Source: an uncultured Verrucomicrobiota bacterium (GTDB taxonomy: Bacteria; Verrucomicrobiota; Verrucomicrobiia; Limisphaerales; UBA9464). Taken from it: a stretch of 64,000 nt of DNA. The notes beneath the pieces are model-generated. The model searched no databases, was not told the DNA's origin, and saw only the letters and a program-made list of their open reading frames with translations. The stretch covers positions 24,990 through 88,989 of the forward strand of contig CAIVQB010000106.1 in the NCBI GenBank assembly GCA_903907925.1. Direction: 5' to 3'. Of the stretch, positions 24,857 to 34,161 are shown piece by piece (the stretch's first letter is position 1; each line of letters starts with the position of its first letter). A program made the translations under genes and the position numbers.

Positions 24857-27402
24857 ACTGCCGTCGGTTTTTTTAATGCCACAAAGTGTTCAAGTCCGGC
24901 AGAAACCGAGGAGACTCCCGACCGAACTGAATCCGGAATGGGATAGGGAAAAATCGAGGTCCAAGTCGCCACGCTACCATCGGATTTTAGGGCCGCGACC
25001 GAGTACCCCACGGACGATATGGAACGGACTCCACTCTTGAATTCTGCCGGCATGGGTCCCATTTGGAGAACGCCATCGCCCCATCCGATGACCGCACCTT
25101 GGGCCGGACTGACATCCACGCGCGTGGGCGGCGCGCTGATGGCTGTGCCGGCGTCGTTGCTGACCACCAGTTCGTAATTGCCAGCCTGGTTCTCCTGGAT
25201 CAGACCCAAGTTGAGCGTCCGATCCGTCGCGCCCGGAACCGGAACACCGTCCTTGCGCCATTGGTAGGCCTTGGGGTTGCCGCTTGCGGCGGCAGTGAGA
25301 ATAACAGAGTCACCCTCCGTCGCAGAAACGCTGACGGATTGAGTGACGATTTGCGGCAGCGTTGGTTTCAAAATGGCACCAACGAGTGGCGCGGAGATGG
25401 AAGTATTTCCGGCTATAAGGCGAGTCCCGTCCCGGACGGCTTCGGGTGGGTAGACGTTCTCGCGCACGTCAATGTGGCTGAGCACAGAAAGGCGTCCGCT
25501 GCTGTCGCGAAGCGCCAGGTAGGAGGAGTTCGCGGCGACCGAGCTGATGCCAGTCGTGAGTGTGGCTGGCAGTGGTGGACTTGTCGGCCATTGGACCAGA
25601 GTACCGTCGGTCTTGATCGCGGCGGCGCCATTGCCCGCAAACACCTCTGCGACGTCAGCCAAAGCATCGGTTGGCACAGAGACGATAGAACCGCCGGCCA
25701 CGACGGAACCGTCGTTCTTAAGAAATAAGGAAAAACCGGATCCGGCCGCCACTGCTTTGACGGCCGAACGTGCATTGCCCGGGATGTTGGTTTGCCCAAA
25801 CCCGTTCGAACCCCAGGCTACAGTCGTGCCATCCTCCTTCAGCGCCACAATGTGGGACGGACCGGCGGAAATCGCGACAACACCTGATTGGGCATTCACC
25901 GGAACATTCGTGACACCCGTCACATTGCTTCCCCATACCAACACACCGCCATCGTCTTTAACCGCGCAGGAGAATTGGCCCCCGGCACAAACACGCCGGA
26001 CGCCGGTGAGTGCCGCGGCCGGAACGTTCGTTTGTCCAAACTTGTTGTCTCCCCAGGCGATCACCGTGCCTTCTGCGGTCAGCGCCAAAACATGATCATA
26101 GCCGACTGAAAGATCCCGGATCCTGCTCTTTGCGGCTGTTGGAATGGCGTCGAACGAGGATGACGAGTAGCCCCACGCAATCAGTGAGCCACTGAGCAGC
26201 GGGTCATCCGCATTCAAGAGTTTCAAATCAACCGGAGTGCTGGTTGCGGATCCGGAATCATTGCTTACGGTCACTGAATATGAACCCACCATGGTCTCGG
26301 TTGCCGGGCCGAGATTCAGCGCCGATCCGGTTGCGCTTGGAATGTTCATGCCATCTTTCATCCATTGGTAGCGCAGCGGGAATCCAGTGGCCGCAACGGT
26401 GAAGTGAACCGAATCTCCTGTGGCACCCAGCCAAGCTTCAGGAGGGCGTTTGATTGCGGGCGCCGCCGTCTCTGAAAGCACTGCGGTGAACCGTCGACCG
26501 AGTGCCATTTTCGAAATTGAGTAGAGCACGGTGGCCGGGAGGTCCCATTGGGACGCCGTATCATCTCCCCAGATTACAGCTGAGCCCGTGGTGCGGATGG
26601 CCATGCAGTTCGCACCGCCAGCGGCGATACCTGTAACGCCGAACGCGGTCTCCGAGGGCACATTTGTTTGGCCATTATCGTTGCTTCCCCAGACCACGAC
26701 CGACCCGTCAAATCGCAACGCCATGGAGTGACGTTCTCCAGCCGCGATCGCAGCGATGCCGGAACGCGCAAGCACGGGAACCGATCGCTGCAACGCGTAG
26801 TTTTCTCCCCACGCAATCACGTGGCCCTGGCGCGTCACCGCAAGGGTGTGATTGGCACCGGCCGCGATGGCGATGACGTCGTGGCTCGCCTCCGGCGGAA
26901 CATTGGTCTGGCCAACGGAGTTGTCGCCCCAGACCGTGACTGAGCCATCCGATTTCAGCGCCACAGAGTGGCTTATGCCGGCGGCAATCGCGGTCACGCC
27001 GCTTTGGCAACTCGGGGGAATCGAGATTTGGCCCCAAAAATTGTTCCCCCATCCGATGACCGCCCCGGATTGTGTCACAGCGAGGCTGTGGCTTGCCCCA
27101 GCCGCGATGGCAATGATTCCTGAATTGGCAACGGCCGGAACGTCGACTTGCCCCGCGTCATTCTTTCCCCAGGCGATCACCGAGCCGTCGCCTTTCAGGG
27201 CGAGAATATGGTCGAATCCTGCGGTAATTGCCTGAACCCCAGCTTGGGCCGCCGGCGGCACATTGGTGATGCCGTAGGTGGAATCGCCCCAAACGAAGAC
27301 GGTGCCAAGTCCCTGTGCGTACATCCCGACCCGCCCTGTGAGGCATAGTCCGAGGAGAAGGATTCTTAAAACGGCGCAGTGTTGAATATATCGATGCTGC
27401 AT
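24820..27402 (-). CDS. RCC1-repeat protein with two I-set Ig domains, N-terminal segment of the giant protein
   Basis: Start chosen at MQHRYIQHCAVLRILLLGLCLTGRVGMYA (signal peptide, ATG 27402). Many blades of type HxLALKxDGSVxxWGxNxxGQxxVP. Two Ig units: YQWMKDG...GSYSVTVSNDSG and YQWRKDG...GNYELVVSNDAG. Ends in out-of-frame ...[19 protein letters not shown]. Confidence 0.8.
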   Translation of the reverse strand: MQHRYIQHCAVLRILLLGLCLTGRVGMYAQGLGTVFVWGDSTYGITNVPPAAQAGVQAITAGFDHILALKGDGSVIAWGKNDAGQVDVPAVANSGIIAIAAGASHSLAVTQSGAVIGWGNNFWGQISIPPSCQSGVTAIAAGISHSVALKSDGSVTVWGDNSVGQTNVPPEASHDVIAIAAGANHTLAVTRQGHVIAWGENYALQRSVPVLARSGIAAIAAGERHSMALRFDGSVVVWGSNDNGQTNVPSETAFGVTGIAAGGANCMAIRTTGSAVIWGDDTASQWDLPATVLYSISKMALGRRFTAVLSETAAPAIKRPPEAWLGATGDSVHFTVAATGFPLRYQWMKDGMNIPSATGSALNLGPATETMVGSYSVTVSNDSGSATSTPVDLKLLNADDPLLSGSLIAWGYSSSSFDAIPTAAKSRIRDLSVGYDHVLALTAEGTVIAWGDNKFGQTNVPAAALTGVRRVCAGGQFSCAVKDDGGVLVWGSNVTGVTNVPVNAQSGVVAISAGPSHIVALKEDGTTVAWGSNGFGQTNIPGNARSAVKAVAAGSGFSLFLKNDGSVVAGGSIVSVPTDALADVAEVFAGNGAAAIKTDGTLVQWPTSPPLPATLTTGISSVAANSSYLALRDSSGRLSVLSHIDVRENVYPPEAVRDGTRLIAGNTSISAPLVGAILKPTLPQIVTQSVSVSATEGDSVILTAAASGNPKAYQWRKDGVPVPGATDRTLNLGLIQENQAGNYELVVSNDAGTAISAPPTRVDVSPAQGAVIGWGDGVLQMGPMPAEFKSGVRSISSVGYSVAALKSDGSVATWTSIFPYPIPDSVRSGVSSVSAGLEHFVALKKPTAVWWSGEETATAN

Positions 27403-27926
27403 AGGCTCCTGACCATTTGAAGTGTCGTGTTCGGCGATCAAGGCTTCACTCATAGCCGAACCCCCGATTGCATGGATTCGGCTGAGAACGTAGAGGATAC
27501 CGCACCGCAAGGTCTCGAGCCTCGACGTCAACTCGGCGGATATACCTGCCTTTCTTTGGATTCTCAAAAGTGGACGACCTCCGTTGTTCTTCGAAACCCC
27601 GGTCCGGTGGCGGACCTCTGATTCTCGCCACCGGACCCACTACCCTCAAGCAATTTGCATTGGCTACCAAGAGAGGCCTCAGAATGCCATTCCAAAGGAA
27701 GCGGGTGCAAATGCTGGCCGCGCGGTCCTGTTCTTCGTCAAACTTCAATCACTCCCAAGCCGTAGATCTCGGGTGGCTCCCGGAATGTCCATGTTCTATC
27801 AACAATGGAGCGAGGCCTGAGCGCCTCCGCAGCGGGTTGTTGGGGCCGGGTCAACGAAGGGAGAAGAAGTAGTCGCTTGCATCAGGACTCTTCCCTATTC
27901 TCAGACGCGCTCGTAGCCTGCCAGCG

Positions 27927-28763
27927 ATGACCACTGACCCGGCCCGAATGAACGACAGGCGGACAGGGGGCTTCACGCTGATCGAATTGCTGGTCGTCAT
28001 CGCCATCATCGCGATCCTGGCGGGAATGCTGTTGCCGGCTCTGGGTAAGGCCAAGAGCAAGGCGCAGGGCATTCAATGCATGAGCAATCAGCGGCAATTG
28101 ACGCTGGCCTGGATTCTCTACGCCGGGGATCACTCCGACAATCTGGTGTGGAACGATCTCACCGCCGATGGATCCGGCTGGGTTCGGGGGATCCTCGACT
28201 ACAATGGTGCGAATCCGCACAACACTAACGTCGCGAACCTGCTCGATCCCAATTACGCCAAGCTCGCCCCCTACACCCAATCGGCGGGGATTTACAAATG
28301 TCCGGCGGACCGCAGCTACGTGATTTCAGGGGGACACCACTTTCCGCGGGTTCGGAGTCTTTCCCTGAGTCAGGCGATGAATTCCCGGGATGACTGGCTG
28401 AGTTTTCTGATCAAGAAGAAATACATGGTGTTCCGGAAACTGACCGATCTCAGCCTGATGGGCGCATCGCAGGCGTTTGTGTTCATCGATGAACATCCGG
28501 ACAGCCTGAACTACGGCGATTTTGCGGTGACTATGAACGACGGCGTCGCAGCTTCGGCGATCTACATCATCGACTACCCGGCGAGCAGCCACAACGGCGC
28601 GGGCGGAATGAGCTTCGGCGATGGACACGCCGAGGTTCATAAATGGGTGGATCCGCGGACGGTGAAGCCGGTGTTGATGAAATCGATGACCCTCGTGGTG
28701 CCCTCGCCGGGGAATCGCGACATGGTCTTTATGTCCGAACACGCCTCGATCCGCGCGGACTGA
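27927..28763 (+). CDS. Prepilin-type N-terminal cleavage/methylation domain protein with H-X9-DG motif
   Basis: 278 aa. [30 protein letters not shown] leader. C-terminal [19 protein letters not shown]. Confidence 0.85.
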   Translation: MTTDPARMNDRRTGGFTLIELLVVIAIIAILAGMLLPALGKAKSKAQGIQCMSNQRQLTLAWILYAGDHSDNLVWNDLTADGSGWVRGILDYNGANPHNTNVANLLDPNYAKLAPYTQSAGIYKCPADRSYVISGGHHFPRVRSLSLSQAMNSRDDWLSFLIKKKYMVFRKLTDLSLMGASQAFVFIDEHPDSLNYGDFAVTMNDGVAASAIYIIDYPASSHNGAGGMSFGDGHAEVHKWVDPRTVKPVLMKSMTLVVPSPGNRDMVFMSEHASIRAD

Positions 28764-28834
28764 GTCCCCACTGGGACGCGGTCAGGACGGAAGGCGCATT
28801 GACGGCCGATGCCCGCCACGAGGATGTTCCAGTC

Positions 28835-29914
28835 ATGACCTCCCTCCGAATCTGCCTCGGGCTGTTTTGGGTGCTCGCCTCGCTGGCATGGGCGGAAGAC
28901 GATGCGGTGCACCGCTATCTTTATCTCGCCACTCCCGACGGTGCGCAGACGGAAAGTGGTTCCGGCCAGGGATTGCTCGTCTTCGACATCGATGCCGGAT
29001 TCAAGTTTGTCCGGCGCATTCCGGGTCTCAACCTGGCCGGCGGCGCGCGCGGCCTGACCGGCTGTCGGGCCACCCATTCGCTCTATTATTCCACGACCTC
29101 GCGGCGGATGGGTCGCTTCGATCTGGAGACTGATCACGTCGTGTGGGAACAGCAGTACACCGGCGGTTGCGATCGGTCTTCAGTGATGCTGGATGGCAGC
29201 AAGGTCTTTGCTCCGACGGGTTGGTGGGAAGGTTCCGACAACGGAGGCATGGTAGTGATCGACGGCGCCACCGGCGCAGAATTGCGGCGCATCAAGGTGG
29301 GAACCGGGGCGCACAACAGCATCGTGAGCCTGGACGGAAAACGCCTGTATCTGGGTACCACCACCACCCTGACGGTTTTCGACGCGGCGACCGAGCGGGT
29401 GATCCGGACCATTCCGAATGTCGGCGAATTCGGCGTCTTCCCCTACACCATCGACCACCGGCAGCGATATGCCTTCGTCTGCCTCGGCAAGCATGTGGGC
29501 TTCGATGTGGTCGATTTGGAGCAGGGCAGGGCCATTCACCGGGTGTTGGCGGGAGAAAATCCGATCGAACATCGAACCCACGGCGCAGCGTTGACCCCGG
29601 ATGAACGCGAACTCTGGATCAGTGATCAGGATGGAAAACAGTTGTTCATTTTTGATGCCACTCAGATGCCGCCGAAGCCCAAGGGTCGGGTGGAACTGAG
29701 CGTGACCGGACACGGCTGGGTCAATTTCAGTCTCGATGGAAAATATGCCTGGTGCCACACCCCCGATGTGTTCGATGCGATCACAAAAAAGCAGATCGCA
29801 ATCCTCCGCGACGAAAACGGGAAGCGGGTGGGCAGCTCGAAACTCATCGAAGTTCATCTGCAGCGCGGCAAGGTCGTGAGGATGAGCAGCGAATTCGGAT
29901 TGGGCCGGGAGTAG
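28835..29914 (+). CDS. Exported beta-propeller protein (YncE/YVTN-like)
   Basis: Start MTSLRICLGLFWVLASLAWA (signal peptide, ATG 28835). Repeated short blade-like segments. No catalytic motif recognised. Confidence 0.55.
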   Translation: MTSLRICLGLFWVLASLAWAEDDAVHRYLYLATPDGAQTESGSGQGLLVFDIDAGFKFVRRIPGLNLAGGARGLTGCRATHSLYYSTTSRRMGRFDLETDHVVWEQQYTGGCDRSSVMLDGSKVFAPTGWWEGSDNGGMVVIDGATGAELRRIKVGTGAHNSIVSLDGKRLYLGTTTTLTVFDAATERVIRTIPNVGEFGVFPYTIDHRQRYAFVCLGKHVGFDVVDLEQGRAIHRVLAGENPIEHRTHGAALTPDERELWISDQDGKQLFIFDATQMPPKPKGRVELSVTGHGWVNFSLDGKYAWCHTPDVFDAITKKQIAILRDENGKRVGSSKLIEVHLQRGKVVRMSSEFGLGRE

Positions 29915-29979
29915 TTCCCTGGGGACATCAGTGCGGATTGCAGGCGTGACGTGGGCGGGAGTTCTGGTAGGCAAGACGT

Positions 29980-30906
29980 GTGTTGCATCCCCGGTTCAGG
30001 TCCATCGCCGTCTTGGCGTTGTTCTCGATGGTGTCGACGTCGCTGGCGATGTCCGCTGAGACTTTGTTCGTCGCCACGCCGCTGACCTCGGGGGACTTCA
30101 CGGGCGGCATCGAGGGTCCCGCCTGCGACCGTGACGGCAACATCTACTGCGTCAGTTTTCGCGAGGCCCGCAATGTGGCGCGGGTCACTCCCGATGGGCG
30201 CGCGGAGTTATTCGTGGCGTTGCCGGAGAGGAGCGCGGGCAACGGGATCCGGTTTGATTCCGGCGGGACCATGTTTGTGGCTGATTACACCGGCCACAAC
30301 GTCCTGCGGGTGGACATGAAGTCCCGCGCCGTCACCGTATTCGTCCACGAGCCGGCGATGAATCAACCCAACGATCTGGCGATGGCGGAAGACGGCACGC
30401 TCTACGCCAGTGATCCGAACTGGAAGGACGGCACCGGCCAGCTCTGGCGCATCACCCTCGACGGGCGCACCCATCTCGAAGCGCGGGATATGGGAACCAG
30501 CAACGGCATTGAGGTGAGCCCGGACGGACGGAAGGTCTATGTGAACGAAAGCATCCAGCGCAACCTGTGGGTGTTCGATCGCGATGCCGACGGTTCGCTG
30601 AAGAACAAGCGGTTGCTGAAGCGATTCGAGGACCATGGATTCGACGGCATGCGCTGCGATGTGGACGGAAATCTCTACATCACCCGTCCGGGCAAGGGGA
30701 CCGTCGTGAAGCTTTCTCCGGCGGGCAGGGTGTTGCGCGAGGTGGATGTCCTGGGACCGCATCCGTCCAACCTCTGCTTTGGCGGTCCGGACGGCTGCAC
30801 GGTCTACGTGACCGAGGCCAAGACGATGCGGCTGGTACAGTTTCGCGTGGATCGTCCGGGACTCGAATGGGCACGCTCGCACGGCCCGAAGACTCCCTCC
30901 CGATGA
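29980..30906 (+). CDS. SMP-30/gluconolactonase/LRE family protein (sugar lactonase)
   Basis: 308 aa. Signal peptide. NGIRFDSGG, PNDLAMAEDGTLYASD, SNGIEVSPDG and DGMRCDVDGNLYI blades typical of SMP-30 lactonases. Confidence 0.8.
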   Translation: MLHPRFRSIAVLALFSMVSTSLAMSAETLFVATPLTSGDFTGGIEGPACDRDGNIYCVSFREARNVARVTPDGRAELFVALPERSAGNGIRFDSGGTMFVADYTGHNVLRVDMKSRAVTVFVHEPAMNQPNDLAMAEDGTLYASDPNWKDGTGQLWRITLDGRTHLEARDMGTSNGIEVSPDGRKVYVNESIQRNLWVFDRDADGSLKNKRLLKRFEDHGFDGMRCDVDGNLYITRPGKGTVVKLSPAGRVLREVDVLGPHPSNLCFGGPDGCTVYVTEAKTMRLVQFRVDRPGLEWARSHGPKTPSR

Positions 30907-31802
30907 ACTTTGTCAGTTGCGACTGGGGAACATCGAGCTTCCGCCTGCGCGTCGTGGGCGGCACCGCGACCACCGAGGTTCGGACCGACGAAGGTGCGGC
31001 GAAACTTGCCGCCCTCGGTGGTGATCGTGCGACGGCGTTTCGCGAGACGCTGGACCGTGGCCTGCTTCAACTTGGTGCACCGGACGACTGGCCGGTGATC
31101 ATTTCCGGCATGGCCAGTTCGACGATCGGTTGGCGGGAGCTGCCTTACGCACGGTTGCCGTTTGCCTTGGAGGGTCGGGATGCGGTGTGGGAGCGGATCG
31201 ACGACCGCGTTTGTCTGATCTCCGGCTTTCGCGGCGACACCGACATGCTGCGCGGCGAAGAAACACAGGCGATCGGCCTGGCCGCTACTCTCGGATCCGA
31301 ACTTCCGGAACGGGTCACGCTGGTGTTTCCTGGAACACATTCGAAACACCTCGAAGTGAACGGAGGTGTCATCACCGAGGTGCGAACCTTCATGACCGGG
31401 GAATTGTTCGATCTTCTGGTCCATCACAGCGTGTTGCGGCATTCGACTGAATTCGAAGCCGCCTTCGATTCCGTTGCGTTCGCCCAGGGTGTCGCGGAAA
31501 CCCGCCGGCAGCCGCTCATCGCCGCCCTGTTTCGCGTTCGAACTCGCCAGGTCCTGGATCGTCAACCGGCCGCCGCCAATACCGCGTTTCTCAGCGGTCT
31601 GTTGATCGGTGCCGAGCTTCTCACGCTCGCAGAATCCGGGTTGCCGGTGATCGTGGCTGCCGGGTCGGCGGTCCGAAATGCCTGCGCCGCCGCCGGGGAG
31701 GTTCTCGGATTCGGTTCCCGTTTGCGGATCGTGGATGCCGATCCGCTTTCGGCGCTGGGGCAGGAGGTTCTCCTGCACCGGATTTTGAAGGCTCCACGCT
31801 GA
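30903..31802 (+). CDS. dgoK: 2-dehydro-3-deoxygalactonokinase
   Basis: Start MNFVSCDWGTSSFRL at ATG 30903 (ATGA overlap with the lactonase stop). MLRGEETQAIG, FPGTHSKH, MTGELFDLL and FLSGLLIGAEL match DgoK motifs as I recall them from the E. coli enzyme. Confidence 0.8.
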   Translation: MNFVSCDWGTSSFRLRVVGGTATTEVRTDEGAAKLAALGGDRATAFRETLDRGLLQLGAPDDWPVIISGMASSTIGWRELPYARLPFALEGRDAVWERIDDRVCLISGFRGDTDMLRGEETQAIGLAATLGSELPERVTLVFPGTHSKHLEVNGGVITEVRTFMTGELFDLLVHHSVLRHSTEFEAAFDSVAFAQGVAETRRQPLIAALFRVRTRQVLDRQPAAANTAFLSGLLIGAELLTLAESGLPVIVAAGSAVRNACAAAGEVLGFGSRLRIVDADPLSALGQEVLLHRILKAPR

Positions 31803-31824
31803 TCCCCGGGCTCTCCAAGGTTAC

Positions 31825-32475
31825 ATGTCCTCATCCTTCAACGACGCTCTGTTCCGCGAGACGCCGGTCGTGGGCATCCTGCGGTTCTTTCCGCGCGAAC
31901 AGGTGGAGAAACTGGTGCCGGCAGTCCTAGCCGGTGGCGTGTGCCACCTTGAAGTGACGATGAACTCCGCGGGTGCCGAGGATCTGATCCGCCTGGCGCG
32001 TGAACTCGTCGGCGAAGGCGGCAATGTCGGAGCCGGCACAGTGACCACGCTGGATGAACTCCGTCGCGCTCTCGGAGCGGGAGCGTCGTTCATCGTCACT
32101 CCAATCGTTGTGCCGGAAGTGATCCGCGCCTGCGTCGCGCTCGGGGTGCCTGTGATGCCGGGTGCGATGACGCCGACGGAGATTTTCACCGCGTGGGAAC
32201 TCGGAGCGACGTTGGTAAAAGTGTTTCCCGCCGATTCCCTTGGACCGGGCTTCATCAAGGCGGTGAAGGCGCCATTGCCCCAAGTCCGGCTCATGCCGAC
32301 AGGCGGCGTGACCGTGGAAACATTGCCGGCGTTTCAGCGGGCGGGTGCGGACGCCTTTGGTGTGGGTGGACCCCTCTTCGATCCCCGACAGGCGGCGGCC
32401 GGCAACTGGGACTGGTTCCAGCATCAGGCTTCCCGCTTTGCCGCGGCCTATCGCGCGGGCCTCCCAAGTCGATGA
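31825..32475 (+). CDS. eda: KDPG/KDPGal (4-hydroxy-2-oxoglutarate) aldolase
   Basis: 216 aa. VVGILRFF... EVTMNS ... GAGTV ... VKVFPA ... MPTGGV, a class I Eda/DgoA aldolase pattern. Confidence 0.85.
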   Translation: MSSSFNDALFRETPVVGILRFFPREQVEKLVPAVLAGGVCHLEVTMNSAGAEDLIRLARELVGEGGNVGAGTVTTLDELRRALGAGASFIVTPIVVPEVIRACVALGVPVMPGAMTPTEIFTAWELGATLVKVFPADSLGPGFIKAVKAPLPQVRLMPTGGVTVETLPAFQRAGADAFGVGGPLFDPRQAAAGNWDWFQHQASRFAAAYRAGLPSR

Positions 32476-32491
32476 ACTTTGTCGGTGCCAA

Positions 32492-33994
32492 CTACCCGGC
32501 CAGCGCGGCGCGGGTACGTTGAACCAGCGGATTATCGGCTTCGCCCGAACCGCGCAGATTGAAAACGCTCGCGGCCAATACACGGTTGCGCCACGGAGGA
32601 GCCATGCGGACGGAATCCTCCAGAACGGCGGCGCTGAACTTGTAGTCATGCGCGTCGCGGCCTTTGAGAAAAATCAGCCGGCGCGCGGCCTGCGCAAATG
32701 GAGCCGGATCCGGGTTGGATTCCAGCCATGCCAGGGTCTTGCGCGAGGCCGAAAGCGTGTCCTTGCCGATGGCGGCGAACAGCTCCGGCAATGCCTCGTC
32801 GCCGCTGCCCTTGAGCGGCTCTGCTGCGAGTTCGTCGAGGAGCACTCCGTCCTTCTTCGGTTGGCCGCGGTACAGCGGAAGAAACGCCGCGTTCTGGACG
32901 AGCAGCAGGCGGCGCAGGCCGTCGTCGTGGATGCGGTCCCACGCGTAGCGTACCGCGTTGGTGAAGGTGGTGGCGTGCAGCGAGGCAATCCCTGGCGCGC
33001 GCATCAACAATTCGCCGGTCGCACCATGCAGGGCCTCAAAGAGGGCCCGTGCTGCGACACCGCGGTTCAGGAGTTCAATCGCCCGCGCGCTGGTGTCGAG
33101 CGCGGAGCCCTGCCGACAGGCGATGAGCAATTCCTTGCCGCCGTCGGGCTGGCCGGTGAGCCAGTCGGTGCGGATGCCTTTGACTGCTTCGAGATTGCGC
33201 CGAAAGGGGCGGTCTGCGGGCAGATCGTTCTGGGACGGATTGGGGTCACCGACACGATCCAGAATCGAATAGACGAGCGACCGCAGCACGGGTTCCGCAT
33301 GCTGCCAGCCGATGACTTCCAGCAGACGGAAGCTGTTCGCGATATAAATCTGCTTGTGACCCAGCTCGCGAAAATCCCGAACCCCAAACCGGCAGAGCAG
33401 TTCGAAAATCTCATGCGCCCCGGCGGTGCGGAGCAGTCCGACGATCGCGGCGTCCGCAGCGGCTTCGTCCCAGTTCTCCAACGCCTCCACCAACGCCGCC
33501 TTGGCCCGATGCGCCGGCGGTACCGCTTTTTGGTCGACCGCGGACAGCGTCCAGTTTCCCTCCCGAACATTAGCGGCCTGGGAACTCTTGAATTGGTCGA
33601 GCGCCCAAAAGATGGGCAGCCAGCGGTCGGTGTCCGGAGAGGCGAGGCTGGCGAGATGGGCCGAGTTCACCACCAGCACGGCGTGGAACTTGAAGCCGAT
33701 CGGCCGGGGTTGGATATTGCGCACCGCGGCGAGAAACAAGGCGGTCAGTACTTCACGATAGGCCAGTCCGTGGCGCAGACGGGCGCCGATCTCTTCCAAC
33801 AGCCGTTCGCGCGGCGTGTCCTCGATCAGGCGGACCAGCGGTTCTATTCCCGGATCGAACCGGACCGCGCTGGCCGGCAGGGTGGCTTCCGCGGCGGTCA
33901 CGCGCGGCAAGCCGGCGAGGAATCCGAGATCGCCGAGTCCGGCGACCAGGCTGACCTTGGCGCTGGTGGTGAGGAAGGTGCGACGAGTGGCCAT
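32492..33994 (-). CDS. Hypothetical Tat-signal exported protein
   Basis: Start chosen at MATRRTFLTTSAKVSLVAGLGDLGFLAGLP (twin-arginine-like leader). 500 aa, helical-looking, no family recognised. Confidence 0.55.
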   Translation of the reverse strand: MATRRTFLTTSAKVSLVAGLGDLGFLAGLPRVTAAEATLPASAVRFDPGIEPLVRLIEDTPRERLLEEIGARLRHGLAYREVLTALFLAAVRNIQPRPIGFKFHAVLVVNSAHLASLASPDTDRWLPIFWALDQFKSSQAANVREGNWTLSAVDQKAVPPAHRAKAALVEALENWDEAAADAAIVGLLRTAGAHEIFELLCRFGVRDFRELGHKQIYIANSFRLLEVIGWQHAEPVLRSLVYSILDRVGDPNPSQNDLPADRPFRRNLEAVKGIRTDWLTGQPDGGKELLIACRQGSALDTSARAIELLNRGVAARALFEALHGATGELLMRAPGIASLHATTFTNAVRYAWDRIHDDGLRRLLLVQNAAFLPLYRGQPKKDGVLLDELAAEPLKGSGDEALPELFAAIGKDTLSASRKTLAWLESNPDPAPFAQAARRLIFLKGRDAHDYKFSAAVLEDSVRMAPPWRNRVLAASVFNLRGSGEADNPLVQRTRAALAG

Positions 33995-34161
33995 GGGAGT
34001 GGTCGAGTTATGGCCTCGCCCGCGGAAAACGGAAGAACGCATTCACGCTGACCCTTCTTCCGACCGACGGGATGATTTCGACGCCGCGCAAGCTCGACTG
34101 TCATGGCCCCGATGCCATCGTTTGAATCGTTCGTCGTCCGTGTCGTCCATCACTTCATTCC

